A DNA stretch of 64,000 nucleotides from a bacterium (GCA_030704665.1 JAUYID010000009.1:729702-793701), one strand, 5' to 3'; counted from the first letter of the stretch, positions 27,478-37,034 are shown. Numbers and translations are program-made. Notes: generated by a model from the letters alone, not told the origin.

Positions 27478-27609
27478 CATTTTCGTACCCTAACAAAGTA
27501 GGGATTTCAATACTCAAACCCGAGTACAGGATCCAAGTATCACGCTAGAAAATATCATAAATATATTACCCTTGTCAAGCAGTCTAGTAAGCAGCTGAGT
27601 AGCTCCTCT

Positions 27610-27639
27610 TTGACGTCTACGAAGCTAATAATGTATAAT
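27610..27639 (+). promoter_or_regulatory. Promoter of tRNA-Glu
   Basis: TTGACG-18 nt-TATAAT. Confidence 0.65.
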
Positions 27640-27663
27640 CCGACCACGAAACATTTATCTAAA

Positions 27664-27740
27664 GGCCCCGTCGTCTAGCGGTTCAGGACACCTGGTTCTC
27701 ATCCAGGAGATCATCGGTTCAAATCCGATCGGGGTCACCA
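27664..27740 (+). tRNA. tRNA-Glu (CTC)
   Basis: GGCCCCG/CGGGGTC acceptor, CCTGG-TT CTC AT-CCAGG anticodon arm, GGTTCAAATCC T arm, encoded CCA. Confidence 0.96.
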
Positions 27741-27882
27741 GTACGGATATCCTTTCCCGATAGTCATCTCTATATTTGTTTGTGCAGGCTTGTAGGAAAC
27801 CTATCTTAACACTCCTTCCAATTCGGGCTGTAATTTTTCGTTAACCAGCTACAAAATAAATCCACTCCGACTCTAAATAAAG

Positions 27883-27911
27883 TTTACAATTCAACTAAAT
27901 TGAACTAAAAT
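27883..27911 (+). promoter_or_regulatory. Promoter of lysC-dap operon
   Basis: TTTACA-17 nt-TAAAAT; TTCAA-CTAAA-TTGAA dyad in the spacer. Confidence 0.55.
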
Positions 27912-27938
27912 GCAGCTGTCTGTTGAGAAGGGAAAAAT

Positions 27939-29297
27939 GTGATTGTTATTAAATTCGGCGGAACCTCGGTTTCGACCAAAGACAGAATCTCGAATATTTG
28001 CGAAATAGTGAGTAAAAGAGTCACCAAAAAACCAGTAGTGGTTGTATCGGCTTTATCTGGCGTTACCGACTTACTTATTTTGGCTACGAAACCACCTGAA
28101 CAGTCGGAAAGTCTTTTTCAAAGAATCAGAGAAATTCACGTTGATCTAGTAAAGAATATCTGGAAAGAAGATGCAGCTGCAAGTAAAATAATTTCTTATG
28201 TAGACTCTACTCTTGAAGAAGCAAAAAAAGTTTCAAGTAAGGGCAATCTAGATAAATCTTCTACTGATAAACTCTCTTCCTTCGGAGAAATTATGTCTTC
28301 CTACATAGTTAACGAAGCATTAAAAAGTAGTGGAATTAAATCACAACAGGTGTTAGCAACTGAGTTGATTGTTACTGACAACAATTTTGGCGAAGCTGAA
28401 TTCCTTCCTGGAGAAACCAGGAAGGCAGTAAACAAAAACCTAAAACCTTTAATTGAGAAAGGATTAATTCCAGTGGTCACTGGATTCATTGGCTCAACAC
28501 AGGATGGGAAAACTACTACCTTGGGAAGAGGGGGTTCTGACTACTCAGCCTCAATAATTGGCTACTGTTTAAACGCTGATGAATTAGAGATTTGGACTGA
28601 TGTTGACGGGATTCTAACTGCTGATCCTAAATTAGTAAAAACAGCAAAGCTTCTAGATAGAATTTCTTATAAGGAGGCTTCAGAGCTAGCTACTTTTGGC
28701 GCTAGGGTTCTGCACCCAAGATCGATTAGACCGGCAGTAAAAGCAGGAATTCCTGTTCGAATATTAAATAGTTTTAATCTTCAATCAAAGGGTACCTCTA
28801 TTTTAGAGAAACACCAGTCTAAAAACCATATTACCGCAATTTCCTCAAAGACAAAGGTAACTCTGGTGAATATTTATTCTACAGAAATGCTTTTAAGTAA
28901 AGGTTTTTTAGCAAGAATCTTTGAAGTTTTTACCCGTCATAATATTTCAGTGGATTTAGTAAGTGTTTCTGAGGTTAGCGTATCCGTTACTTTAGATAAT
29001 AAAGATAGTATGGCCTCAGTTGTAGAAGAACTTTCGGAATTTGCCTCTGTTAATACCTCGGAGGGCTTTGGTATGGTTTCTTTAATCGGAGAGGGAGTTG
29101 TTGCTTCTTCAAAAAACATTAGCCGTATTTTTGACATCTTAGATAAAGAAGGAATTTTAGTTAAAATGGTCTCACTTGGTTCTACTGATATAAACGTCAG
29201 TCTAATTATCAGACGAGAACAGATAGAAAAAGCAGTTGTAGTTCTCCACGACCAAATATTATTAAACAATTCTAACTACATAGGAGTTAAAAAATGA
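27939..29297 (+). CDS. lysC: Aspartate kinase
   Basis: KFGGTSV, VVSALSGVTD, TTLGRGGSDYSA, WTDVDG..ADP; ACT domains. Confidence 0.96.
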   Translation: MIVIKFGGTSVSTKDRISNICEIVSKRVTKKPVVVVSALSGVTDLLILATKPPEQSESLFQRIREIHVDLVKNIWKEDAAASKIISYVDSTLEEAKKVSSKGNLDKSSTDKLSSFGEIMSSYIVNEALKSSGIKSQQVLATELIVTDNNFGEAEFLPGETRKAVNKNLKPLIEKGLIPVVTGFIGSTQDGKTTTLGRGGSDYSASIIGYCLNADELEIWTDVDGILTADPKLVKTAKLLDRISYKEASELATFGARVLHPRSIRPAVKAGIPVRILNSFNLQSKGTSILEKHQSKNHITAISSKTKVTLVNIYSTEMLLSKGFLARIFEVFTRHNISVDLVSVSEVSVSVTLDNKDSMASVVEELSEFASVNTSEGFGMVSLIGEGVVASSKNISRIFDILDKEGILVKMVSLGSTDINVSLIIRREQIEKAVVVLHDQILLNNSNYIGVKK

Positions 29298-30034
29298 AAA
29301 TTGCTTTAATTGGTTACGGAAACATGGGTAAAGAAATCGAAAAGGTTCTCTCTGAAACTAAGAATCACGAGATTGTTTCCGTTAGTTACAGGAAAACAAC
29401 CGATGGTTTAGATAAAGAAGGCATTAAAAAGGCTGACGTAGCTTTAGACTTTACTTCCCCAGAGATAGTATTGAACAATACAAGAGAAGTAGCGTCTTTA
29501 GGTAAGAATTTGGTTATTGGAACTACTGGTTGGTATGATAATCTCGAAGAAGTTAAAAGTCTAGTAAAAGAAAATAACATCGGTTTGATTTATGGTCAGA
29601 ACTTTTCCATTGGGGCTAATATATTCTTCAAAATTGTCGCTTTTGGCAGTAGCCTATTAAGCAGATTTGGGGACTATGATGTTTTCGGTTATGAAATCCA
29701 TCACAAAGGCAAAAAAGATAGCCCCAGTGGTACTGCAAGGAAACTTTCTAGTTTAATTATGAAAAACTTTCCTAGTAAAAAGACTCTCCAAGAAAACAAA
29801 CTCGATAGGCAAATAAAAGATGAGGAGTTGCATTTTGCTTCGGTTCGAGGTGGTCACAACACGGGTCTTCATGAAGTAGTGTTTGATAGCCAGGCGGACG
29901 AAATTGGTCTCACCCACAGGACTCACGGAAGACGCGGTTTTGCAGAGGGGGCTATAATGGCAGCTGAGTTTATTGACGGTAAAAAAGGACTTTATACAGT
30001 TGATGATTTATTTGATCAGGAGAATTTAAAATGA
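29294..30034 (+). CDS. dapB: 4-hydroxy-tetrahydrodipicolinate reductase
   Basis: GYGNMG, DFTSP, IGTTGW, NFSIG, EIHHKGKKDSPSGTA. Confidence 0.95.
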   Translation: MKIALIGYGNMGKEIEKVLSETKNHEIVSVSYRKTTDGLDKEGIKKADVALDFTSPEIVLNNTREVASLGKNLVIGTTGWYDNLEEVKSLVKENNIGLIYGQNFSIGANIFFKIVAFGSSLLSRFGDYDVFGYEIHHKGKKDSPSGTARKLSSLIMKNFPSKKTLQENKLDRQIKDEELHFASVRGGHNTGLHEVVFDSQADEIGLTHRTHGRRGFAEGAIMAAEFIDGKKGLYTVDDLFDQENLK

Positions 30035-30918
30035 GTAAGAAATTTATTGGGGCAATAACAGCGCTAGTAACACCTTTCCAGGAAAACGGCAATGTCGATG
30101 TCGAGGCATTAAAAGGCCTTGTTAAATTCCAAATTGATAGTGGTATTTATGGAATTGTTCCTTGTGGTTCAACAGGAGAAGCGGCCACTTTAAACCTTGA
30201 AGAGTATGAATTAGTTGTAAAAACAGTCGTGGATGAAACTAAGGGAAGAGTTCCTGTCATTGCCGGAGCAGGAAGTAACGATACTCAAAAAGCAATAGAA
30301 TTTTCAAAAATAGCAAAGAAAGTTGGAGCAGATGCACTACTTCATGTCAGCCCCTACTACAATAAACCTACTCCAGACGGACTAGTGGCTCATTTCAAAG
30401 CAATTGCTGATGCGGTTGACTTACCGATTATTATTTACAACGTACCTGGTAGAACTGGACTTAATATCAAAGCGGAAACAACTTTAAGAATTGCTAAAGA
30501 AGTACCAGCAGTTGTAGGAATAAAAGAGGCCTCAGGTGACTTAAATCAGATGATGGAAATTATTAAAGGAGTACCAGAAAGTTTTTCAGTTCTCTCTGGA
30601 GATGATTCTTTAACTTTGCCTTTAATGATTCTAGGTGGTAAGGGATGTATTTCTGTAGTTTCCAATGAAGTTCCTAAAGAGTTTTCTGAGATGGTTAGCG
30701 CTGCGTTGGAAGGTAATTGGAAAAAAGCAAAAGAACTTCACTTTGAACTGTTAGATCTTATGAATGTCAACTTCATTGAAACTAATCCAATACCCGTTAA
30801 AACCTCACTTGCTCTTATGGGGAAAATTAAAGAGGTGTTTCGTTTGCCGTTAGTAAAAATAACTGACAAAAACAGAGAAATTCTCTCCCAAGTATTAAAA
30901 AAGCAAAATCTAATATGA
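30031..30918 (+). CDS. dapA: 4-hydroxy-tetrahydrodipicolinate synthase
   Basis: ALVTPF, GSTGE, PYYNKP, YNVPGRT, GIKEASG, ETNPIPVK. Confidence 0.96.
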   Translation: MSKKFIGAITALVTPFQENGNVDVEALKGLVKFQIDSGIYGIVPCGSTGEAATLNLEEYELVVKTVVDETKGRVPVIAGAGSNDTQKAIEFSKIAKKVGADALLHVSPYYNKPTPDGLVAHFKAIADAVDLPIIIYNVPGRTGLNIKAETTLRIAKEVPAVVGIKEASGDLNQMMEIIKGVPESFSVLSGDDSLTLPLMILGGKGCISVVSNEVPKEFSEMVSAALEGNWKKAKELHFELLDLMNVNFIETNPIPVKTSLALMGKIKEVFRLPLVKITDKNREILSQVLKKQNLI

Positions 30919-31961
30919 GTAAAATAAAAGTTGGAATTTTAGGTGCAACGGGTAATGTTGGGCAAAGATTTGTCCAACTTTTATCTGACCATCCCTGGTT
31001 TGAAATAGCCAATCTTTGCGCTTCAGAGAAAAGCGCAGGTAAACCTTATAAAGAGGTAGTTAATTGGAAAGTCTCTGCTAGTATTCCCAAGAAGGCAGAA
31101 AATTTAGTAGTTGGTCTTTGTGAACCCAAAATAGATGCCAAAATAGTTTTTTCTGGTCTTGATTCATCAGTAGCTGGCGAAATAGAAGAAAGATTCGCCA
31201 AAGCTGGTTATGTCGTAATAAGTAATTCTAAAAACCACCGTATGGATCCAGATGTTCCCCTACTTATTCCAGAAGTAAATCCTGATCATTTAGCTTTGGT
31301 TGAGCAGCAAAAGAAAAGGTTTGGCAGTGGAGGTTTTATAGTAACCAACCCAAACTGCACTACAGTTGGACTTACTATGGTTCTAAAACCATTACATGAC
31401 GCTTTCGTAATAAAGCAGGCAGTAGTTACAACTATGCAAGCTCTGTCTGGTGCAGGTTATCCAGGAGTTCCTTCCTTGGACACTATTGATAATGTGGTTC
31501 CTTACATAGGCGACGAAGAAGATAAAGTAGAAACCGAACCTTTAAAACTTCTTGGAAAATTTTCGGAAAGTAAGGTTATTGACGCATCAATCAAAATAGA
31601 CGCTCATTGTAATAGAGTTTCGGTAAGAGACGGACATCTAGAAACAATAACACTAGGTTTTGAAAAGAAACCTTCAATTGAAGAGGTTATAAAAGTTTTA
31701 GAGAAATTCACCGCTCTTCCTCAAGAGCTAAAGTTACCATCGGCTCCAAAACAACCTATCGTTTACCGAAGTGAAAATGATAGACCTCAACCTTCTTTGG
31801 ATAGAGATATCAATAATGGTATGTCAGTTACTGTGGGGAGGGTAAGAGAATCAAAAACAATGCATATTAAACTGACCTTATTGGTTCACAACACCATTAG
31901 AGGTGCTGCCGGTGCCGCTATATTGAATGCGGAGCTTTTAAAAGCAAAAGGTCTCATCTAA
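30915..31961 (+). CDS. asd: Aspartate-semialdehyde dehydrogenase (archaeal/fungal-like type)
   Basis: GATGNVGQ, NPNCTT, QALSGAGYPG, HNTIRGAAG. Confidence 0.95.
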   Translation: MSKIKVGILGATGNVGQRFVQLLSDHPWFEIANLCASEKSAGKPYKEVVNWKVSASIPKKAENLVVGLCEPKIDAKIVFSGLDSSVAGEIEERFAKAGYVVISNSKNHRMDPDVPLLIPEVNPDHLALVEQQKKRFGSGGFIVTNPNCTTVGLTMVLKPLHDAFVIKQAVVTTMQALSGAGYPGVPSLDTIDNVVPYIGDEEDKVETEPLKLLGKFSESKVIDASIKIDAHCNRVSVRDGHLETITLGFEKKPSIEEVIKVLEKFTALPQELKLPSAPKQPIVYRSENDRPQPSLDRDINNGMSVTVGRVRESKTMHIKLTLLVHNTIRGAAGAAILNAELLKAKGLI

Positions 31962-32187
31962 CACTTCCCTTTCTTTAATCAAACTTAATAAGCAGCATTA
32001 CCCAACGGATAAGACTCGAAAACAACCTCCCATTCCTTGAGAACCCCAACAAACTGGTCCATAGTTTGGTACGAAATAACGAACTTGCTGTTCACCAAAA
32101 CTTGACAGTACTAACTAAATAGTTTAATTTCAATATAATAAGGAGCTGCTCAATCTTCTTTAATTTTTAGATTGGCAAAAATCTTTC

Positions 32188-32871
32188 ATGCCCGAAGAAA
32201 ATCAAACCAATCCAACCACCCCGGCTGTACCAAACCCAACTCCAGCTGAACCAACGACTCAACCAAGCCCACCAGTAGTCGGGATAGATCCAGCACCGCC
32301 TACGACAACCGATCCTCTGACAACACCTGAAGTACCTGCTCCTCCGCCCCCTCCAGAACCGGCACCAAGCGCCGCTCCGACAGCGATACCAGAACCAACT
32401 CCGAGCGTAACACCGCAACCTATACCAACACCGGAACCGCCAGCACCAGTTGTGACTCCGCAGCGGCCCGCGCCAGCAGACAATCTGGCCCCAGCACCGA
32501 CTCCAAGCCCTATGCCAGCAACACCAATGGGATCAACACCAACACCTGCCCTCGATACTGCGGTCGGACCGTCTTGGATGAGACCTGAAGCAGCAAACTC
32601 AAGTCCCAACCCACCTACTCCCGCTGCAGTCTCTGCACCAGGACCAGCACCAGCTGCTCCGGCGCCCACACCAAGCGATGTGGTTCTTCCCTGGCAACAC
32701 AAAGAAGATGCCTCCGCACCAGAAGCGGACAAACCCAACTCAGTCCAAGCCAGTACCGTCCAAAAATCCGGCGGTTTTCCAATTGTAATTTTTTTGGTGG
32801 TTGTCCTTCTGATCTTAGTCGCAATTGGGGTTTTCCTTTACACCCAAAAAGCCTTACCTTTCCAGAGCTAA
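32188..32871 (+). CDS. Proline-rich low-complexity protein with C-terminal TM anchor
   Basis: P/T/A-rich disordered region, single C-terminal hydrophobic helix. Confidence 0.8.
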   Translation: MPEENQTNPTTPAVPNPTPAEPTTQPSPPVVGIDPAPPTTTDPLTTPEVPAPPPPPEPAPSAAPTAIPEPTPSVTPQPIPTPEPPAPVVTPQRPAPADNLAPAPTPSPMPATPMGSTPTPALDTAVGPSWMRPEAANSSPNPPTPAAVSAPGPAPAAPAPTPSDVVLPWQHKEDASAPEADKPNSVQASTVQKSGGFPIVIFLVVVLLILVAIGVFLYTQKALPFQS

Positions 32872-32944
32872 GAGTTTTTTAAACACCGATCACAAGCCAC
32901 AGCTGTTTGACTGGCACGTCTATTCACGCTAAACTCAAAATAGA

Positions 32945-34066
32945 ATGGCTGCTTCTGCCCAAAAACCTGCTGGCAATCAAGATCACCCCTTCGCTTCCAA
33001 AAGCGAGCTCGAGGGCAATTTCCTTGCGGAAAACAAGGTTCTTCTAGACAAAGTCGAGTCTTCCAAAATCCCGGCAACTCTAAAGCTAGACCTAGCTGAC
33101 AGGCTAAAACGGCTCAACCGCTCCATGCAGTTTGGTAGCTATCAAGCTGACTATGAATCAACCTCAAAATACATAAACTGGCTGCTTGCCTTACCTTGGG
33201 AAAACCGAAGTGAAGACAAGTTGGATTTAACTTTAGCGAAGCAAACTCTCGACAAAAGCCACTACGGGCTTGAAAAAATCAAGGAACGAATCATTGAGTA
33301 TTTAGCAGTTTTAAAACTACAAAGCGAAGCGGAAAACTCCGGGGTCATCAAAATTTCCCGCTCCCCGGTTCTCTGCTTTGTCGGTTTGCCAGGAACTGGG
33401 AAGACCTCCTTTGCCTTAGCGATCGCGCAAGCTTTGGGCCGAGAATTTGTTCGTATCCCGATGGGAGGAATGAGCAACGCCCTTGTTTTAAGGGGACAAC
33501 CACGGGGTTATCCTGAGGCAGAGCCGGGGATGGTCGTCAAGAGCCTTCGTCGCGCCGGAACCAAAAATCCCGTTGTCCTTCTCGATGAAATTGATTCAAC
33601 CGCCGAGGGAGCTGCTTCTGATATCATGGGTGTTCTTCTCGAGCTTCTCGATCCAGAGCAAAACTCTGCTTTTACTGATTACTATATCGACTTCCCTTTT
33701 GATCTCTCTGAGGTCCTTTTTCTTTGCTCGGCCAACAAATTGGGTAATATTACAAGCGCGGTCATGGACCGCATGGAAGTAATTTTAATGCCCCGCTACA
33801 CTGATGATGACAAAATTCATATTGCCCGCGACTATCTTTTCCCACGGGAACTCAGTGTTGTTGGTTTGAAACCGGAAACAGTCAGCTTTGATGAAGCGGT
33901 CTGGCCTCTGGTAATCAAACCCTTTGGCTATGAAATTGATGTTCGCAATATGGAAAGGACCATCAACGGAATTTTGAGAAAAGTAGCGCGAAAATATGTT
34001 GATGGCAGTCTCCAACAGGTCACAATTAATTCCTCAAACCTCAAAGATTTTCTTCCTGAGTGGTAA
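32945..34066 (+). CDS. Lon-type AAA+ ATPase lacking the protease domain
   Basis: LDKSHYGLEKIKERIIEYLAV, GLPGTGKT, KNPVVLLDEID, LLELLDPEQN..FTDYY, DRME; ends after the AAA small domain. Confidence 0.88.
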   Translation: MAASAQKPAGNQDHPFASKSELEGNFLAENKVLLDKVESSKIPATLKLDLADRLKRLNRSMQFGSYQADYESTSKYINWLLALPWENRSEDKLDLTLAKQTLDKSHYGLEKIKERIIEYLAVLKLQSEAENSGVIKISRSPVLCFVGLPGTGKTSFALAIAQALGREFVRIPMGGMSNALVLRGQPRGYPEAEPGMVVKSLRRAGTKNPVVLLDEIDSTAEGAASDIMGVLLELLDPEQNSAFTDYYIDFPFDLSEVLFLCSANKLGNITSAVMDRMEVILMPRYTDDDKIHIARDYLFPRELSVVGLKPETVSFDEAVWPLVIKPFGYEIDVRNMERTINGILRKVARKYVDGSLQQVTINSSNLKDFLPEW

Positions 34067-34086
34067 AGCCCTCTAGTAAAAAAGGA

Positions 34087-34108
34087 AGAGCCGCCTGCAG
34101 GCGGCTCT
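34087..34108. terminator. Hairpin between convergent genes
   Basis: AGAGCCGCC-TGCA-GGCGGCTCT; T-rich tail on the minus strand. Confidence 0.7.
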
Positions 34109-34139
34109 GAACCTTCTAAAAACAAAGTAAGTTTAAGTT

Positions 34140-34724
34140 TTACGGACTTACTGTGTTTGTTCCACCACTATTGGCAACACCAACTGAAGTGGTCGCTCCA
34201 CCAGTCTCAACTGTACCACTACCTGTGTTCTTGTTCGCCTTGTTCTTGCCAGTTTTGGCTTTGACTTTGGCTTTGTTTTTCACCTTGAGATTGTTGCTCT
34301 GCCCTACCGTGTTAGTTTTTGTACTGCTGGCAGTTGTGGTGTTGACGGAACCTGCTCCAGTAGTCTCATTTGTGGCCGCATTGTTTACGTCACACTCGCA
34401 CGTGCAACCGTTGCTAGCTGTATTTGAACTTCCGGAATTGACGATCGAAACAGTTGCGCTGGCATCCCCAGTCGTCACCGAACCATCACCAGTGTTCTGG
34501 CTGGCGCTATTACCACCAGTGTTAGCGTTAACACTAATATCGTTGTTGATATCGACAACGTTGCTCTGCCCAATGACAGAAGAACAAACGCTTGTAGCGA
34601 TTGCAGTGTTGACTGATCCAGCACCGGTGTTTGAGTTGCTAGCGGTGTTGTCAGCCAAGGCGGGCACTACTGCTAGAGCAACTCCGGCTAAACCCAAGCC
34701 AGGAATTGTGAAAAGTCTTTTCAT
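34140..34724 (-). CDS. Secreted Asn/Thr/Gly-rich two-repeat protein
   Basis: Signal peptide (..VPALA); two repeats TGAGSVNT..GQSN..NTG.G.V.TG; AGGAGGTGA SD. Confidence 0.8.
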   Translation of the reverse strand: MKRLFTIPGLGLAGVALAVVPALADNTASNSNTGAGSVNTAIATSVCSSVIGQSNVVDINNDISVNANTGGNSASQNTGDGSVTTGDASATVSIVNSGSSNTASNGCTCECDVNNAATNETTGAGSVNTTTASSTKTNTVGQSNNLKVKNKAKVKAKTGKNKANKNTGSGTVETGGATTSVGVANSGGTNTVSP

Positions 34725-34767
34725 TTATTTCTCACCTCCTTTCATCTTCTTAAACTGTAAATTGACA

Positions 34768-34905
34768 ACAAAAAACCAACCCCCAAAAAACGGAAGTTGG
34801 TCGCATCTTTTTTTGCTTTTTGGCTGAGACAGTTTTCATGGCAGTATCCAAAAGCTTTCAGTACAAGCACTTTTGCTCTGAGCCTCCGTTGGCGGTCGGC
34901 TCACG
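34768..34905 (-). promoter_or_regulatory. Candidate structured 5' leader / attenuator, copy A
   Basis: GAGCCGACCGCCAACGGAGGCTC hairpin, CTGCCATGA..CTGTC, ACCAAC..GTTGGTTTTTT terminator; shared with 41126-41255. Confidence 0.6.
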
Positions 34906-34954
34906 TTTTCATTTTATTTGAAGGCAGAAAAAAGAGGCAGAAAGAACGGGTTTT

Positions 34955-34983
34955 ATTTTAGAGAGAGGCCACTGTAGTGTCAA
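34955..34983 (-). promoter_or_regulatory. Sigma70-type promoter upstream of leader A
   Basis: TTGACA-17 nt-TAAAAT on the minus strand. Confidence 0.75.
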
Positions 34984-35007
34984 GACAAATCAATTAGTTA
35001 TAGGGCA

Positions 35008-35868
35008 CTAAAGTGCCCTGCGAGCTTCGCTCTTAGGATTTGGGGGGGTTTGCTTTTCTTCAAATTCCTCTTTGCATTCTTTTGAACAGAAATAATAGGT
35101 CTTGATAGAAGTAACTAGTTGTGGGGTGGTCGCTGTCTTTTCCACTCTGGTGCCACAGTTTGGATCGTGCTCGAGTATTTCGATTTCTTTGAAACGTCCG
35201 TCTTCGAGCCAAAGGATGCGGTCAGCAATTTCTTTGAGCCTTTCGTCATGGCTAACCACCACGACGGTTTTGCCCATATTTTTGGCCACACGAGACAGAA
35301 GCCTCATCACCTCTTTTCCTTTTTTAGAATCAAGGTTGGCGGTTGGTTCGTCAGCAAGGATGAGCTTGGGATCGTTGGTCAGGGCTCGAGCGATAGAAAC
35401 TCTCTGCTGCTCGCCTCCAGAAAGTTTTCTGGGACGAAAGTTTCTTCTCTGAGTCAGGTCAAAAGTTTCCAAAAGACCGTTTACTTTTTGTCTAGCTAGT
35501 CTCTTTGGAACACGGGCCAGGAGCAAAGGCACAAGAACATTTTCAAAAACAGTCAGGTTTTCTAGCAAATTAAAGGATTGAAAAATAAAACCGATTTTAG
35601 CTTGACGGATTTTTGTTAGTGTCCGATCGTCAGCATCAGCAACTTCTTCTCCATCAATTTTGACTGATCCTTGGCTAGGTCTCAGCATCGCTCCAGCAAT
35701 AGTAATAAAAGTAGTTTTACCTGATCCGGAGGGGCCCATGATCAGAACAACTTCACCTGCCCAAGCTTCAAAATTGATGTCATCTACTGCTCGAACTTGG
35801 ATCGTGCCGAAGCCAAAAATTTTGGTTACATTTTTCAGTTCTAAAGTTGGTTTTTCTGGCAACCTCAT
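35008..35868 (-). CDS. ABC transporter ATPase (LolD/MacB-type) with C-terminal YHS/TRASH domain
   Basis: [25 protein letters not shown]; DPNCG...YYFCSKEC. Confidence 0.9.
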   Translation of the reverse strand: MRLPEKPTLELKNVTKIFGFGTIQVRAVDDINFEAWAGEVVLIMGPSGSGKTTFITIAGAMLRPSQGSVKIDGEEVADADDRTLTKIRQAKIGFIFQSFNLLENLTVFENVLVPLLLARVPKRLARQKVNGLLETFDLTQRRNFRPRKLSGGEQQRVSIARALTNDPKLILADEPTANLDSKKGKEVMRLLSRVAKNMGKTVVVVSHDERLKEIADRILWLEDGRFKEIEILEHDPNCGTRVEKTATTPQLVTSIKTYYFCSKECKEEFEEKQTPPNPKSEARRAL

Positions 35869-36968
35869 GATCGAAACACCTCAGCTGGGTCAATATGAAT
35901 TATCCGCCGTACTGGTATGTAAGAAGCAAAAATACTCATTGTATTGGCCAAAACAAAAACATTGACCAAATCTACCCCTCTCGTAGTCGTGACAAAAACA
36001 GGAACGAAGTTCGGAATAATCCAAAGTAGCAAGAAAGTTAGACCAACCCCGACGAAATAACCAATTATTCCTGAAACGAAGGACTGCTGAAAGATAATCT
36101 GATAAATTTGCAGGTTTGACCCACCAATTGCCTTCAAAACGCCAAATTCCCGCGCTTTTTCGATAGTAGCTGTGTAAATAGTTAGCCCAATCACGGCGGT
36201 TCCCACTAAAACACTGATCAGAACTAAGACTGCAATGATTGGAACAAAAACTTCGTCAATTAGGCGTCGGTTTTTATCGACGAATTCTTCCCTATCCAAA
36301 GCATCCACACCACCAATTTGGTTGATCTCGTCCCTTACTTCGTCGAGTTTGCCAGAGTCAGTCTTTACCAAGTAAAAGTTGGTAAAGCCTTCTGTGCCAA
36401 AAAGTTTAATCGCTTCTTTTTGGTCGATAAAGGAGAATTGAAAAAGAAACATGTTGGCCCCGTCAGCAATTCCCACTACTTTGAGGCTCGTCCCAAAGAT
36501 TTCGACGAATTCTCCTATTTCCAATTTTTTGTTTTTGGCTAGCACTTTATCTACCACTATTTCTCCTTCGTCCGGTACTTTCTTCCCTGAGAGCATTTTC
36601 TTTGGTCCAGAAATTGGCTTTTCTGGATCAAAACCAACGATATAGGTGTTGACGTCTTTATTTTTCAGGGAAAAACTGACTGGCTTACCCACAAATTTAT
36701 TTACTTGGGACACTCCGGGAAGTGTCTTTATTTTTAGCCCAACTGAGTCTGGAATGAGTGAAGCACTACTGGTGATATCAGCCGAGCCTGATTGAGTAAC
36801 CCAAAGGTCAGTATCAATACCCCGGATATACTCGGTTGCCTTAACACGCCACCCTTGATAAAGGGAGAGAATGATCAAAATAAGCATGACAGAAAAAGCG
36901 ACACCACCTACAGAGATTGCGAAACGGGTTTTTTCTGCAAAAAGATTTCTTAGGGCAATTGAAACCAT
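35865..36968 (-). CDS. ABC transporter permease (MacB/FtsX family)
   Basis: IALRNL, extracytoplasmic domain, EKAREFGVLKAIG, IDPAEVFR. Confidence 0.9.
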   Translation of the reverse strand: MVSIALRNLFAEKTRFAISVGGVAFSVMLILIILSLYQGWRVKATEYIRGIDTDLWVTQSGSADITSSASLIPDSVGLKIKTLPGVSQVNKFVGKPVSFSLKNKDVNTYIVGFDPEKPISGPKKMLSGKKVPDEGEIVVDKVLAKNKKLEIGEFVEIFGTSLKVVGIADGANMFLFQFSFIDQKEAIKLFGTEGFTNFYLVKTDSGKLDEVRDEINQIGGVDALDREEFVDKNRRLIDEVFVPIIAVLVLISVLVGTAVIGLTIYTATIEKAREFGVLKAIGGSNLQIYQIIFQQSFVSGIIGYFVGVGLTFLLLWIIPNFVPVFVTTTRGVDLVNVFVLANTMSIFASYIPVRRIIHIDPAEVFRS

Positions 36969-37034
36969 AGTTTGAAAGGTCAGTACAAAACTTCTTTTAT
37001 TTTGAACTAAAGGAAAGGTTTCTTCAAGTAGAGA

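Noticed and set aside
27741-27938. Lysine riboswitch upstream of lysC
   Set aside because: No recognisable conserved lysine-riboswitch core; the promoter sits only about 27 nt before the start
31962-32100. attR duplication of the tRNA-Glu 3' end closing the dap island
   Set aside because: No copy of the tRNA 3' sequence found
32259-32738. Long antisense ORFs (also 34153..34827, 40584..41225, 21235..22002)
   Set aside because: Shadows of real genes on the opposite strand, with no independent motifs or starts
34880-34905. ZMP/ZTP riboswitch because of GCCGACCGCC
   Set aside because: Lacks the following TGGGCA and the 5' GACTGGCG domain, and downstream genes are not purine/folate related
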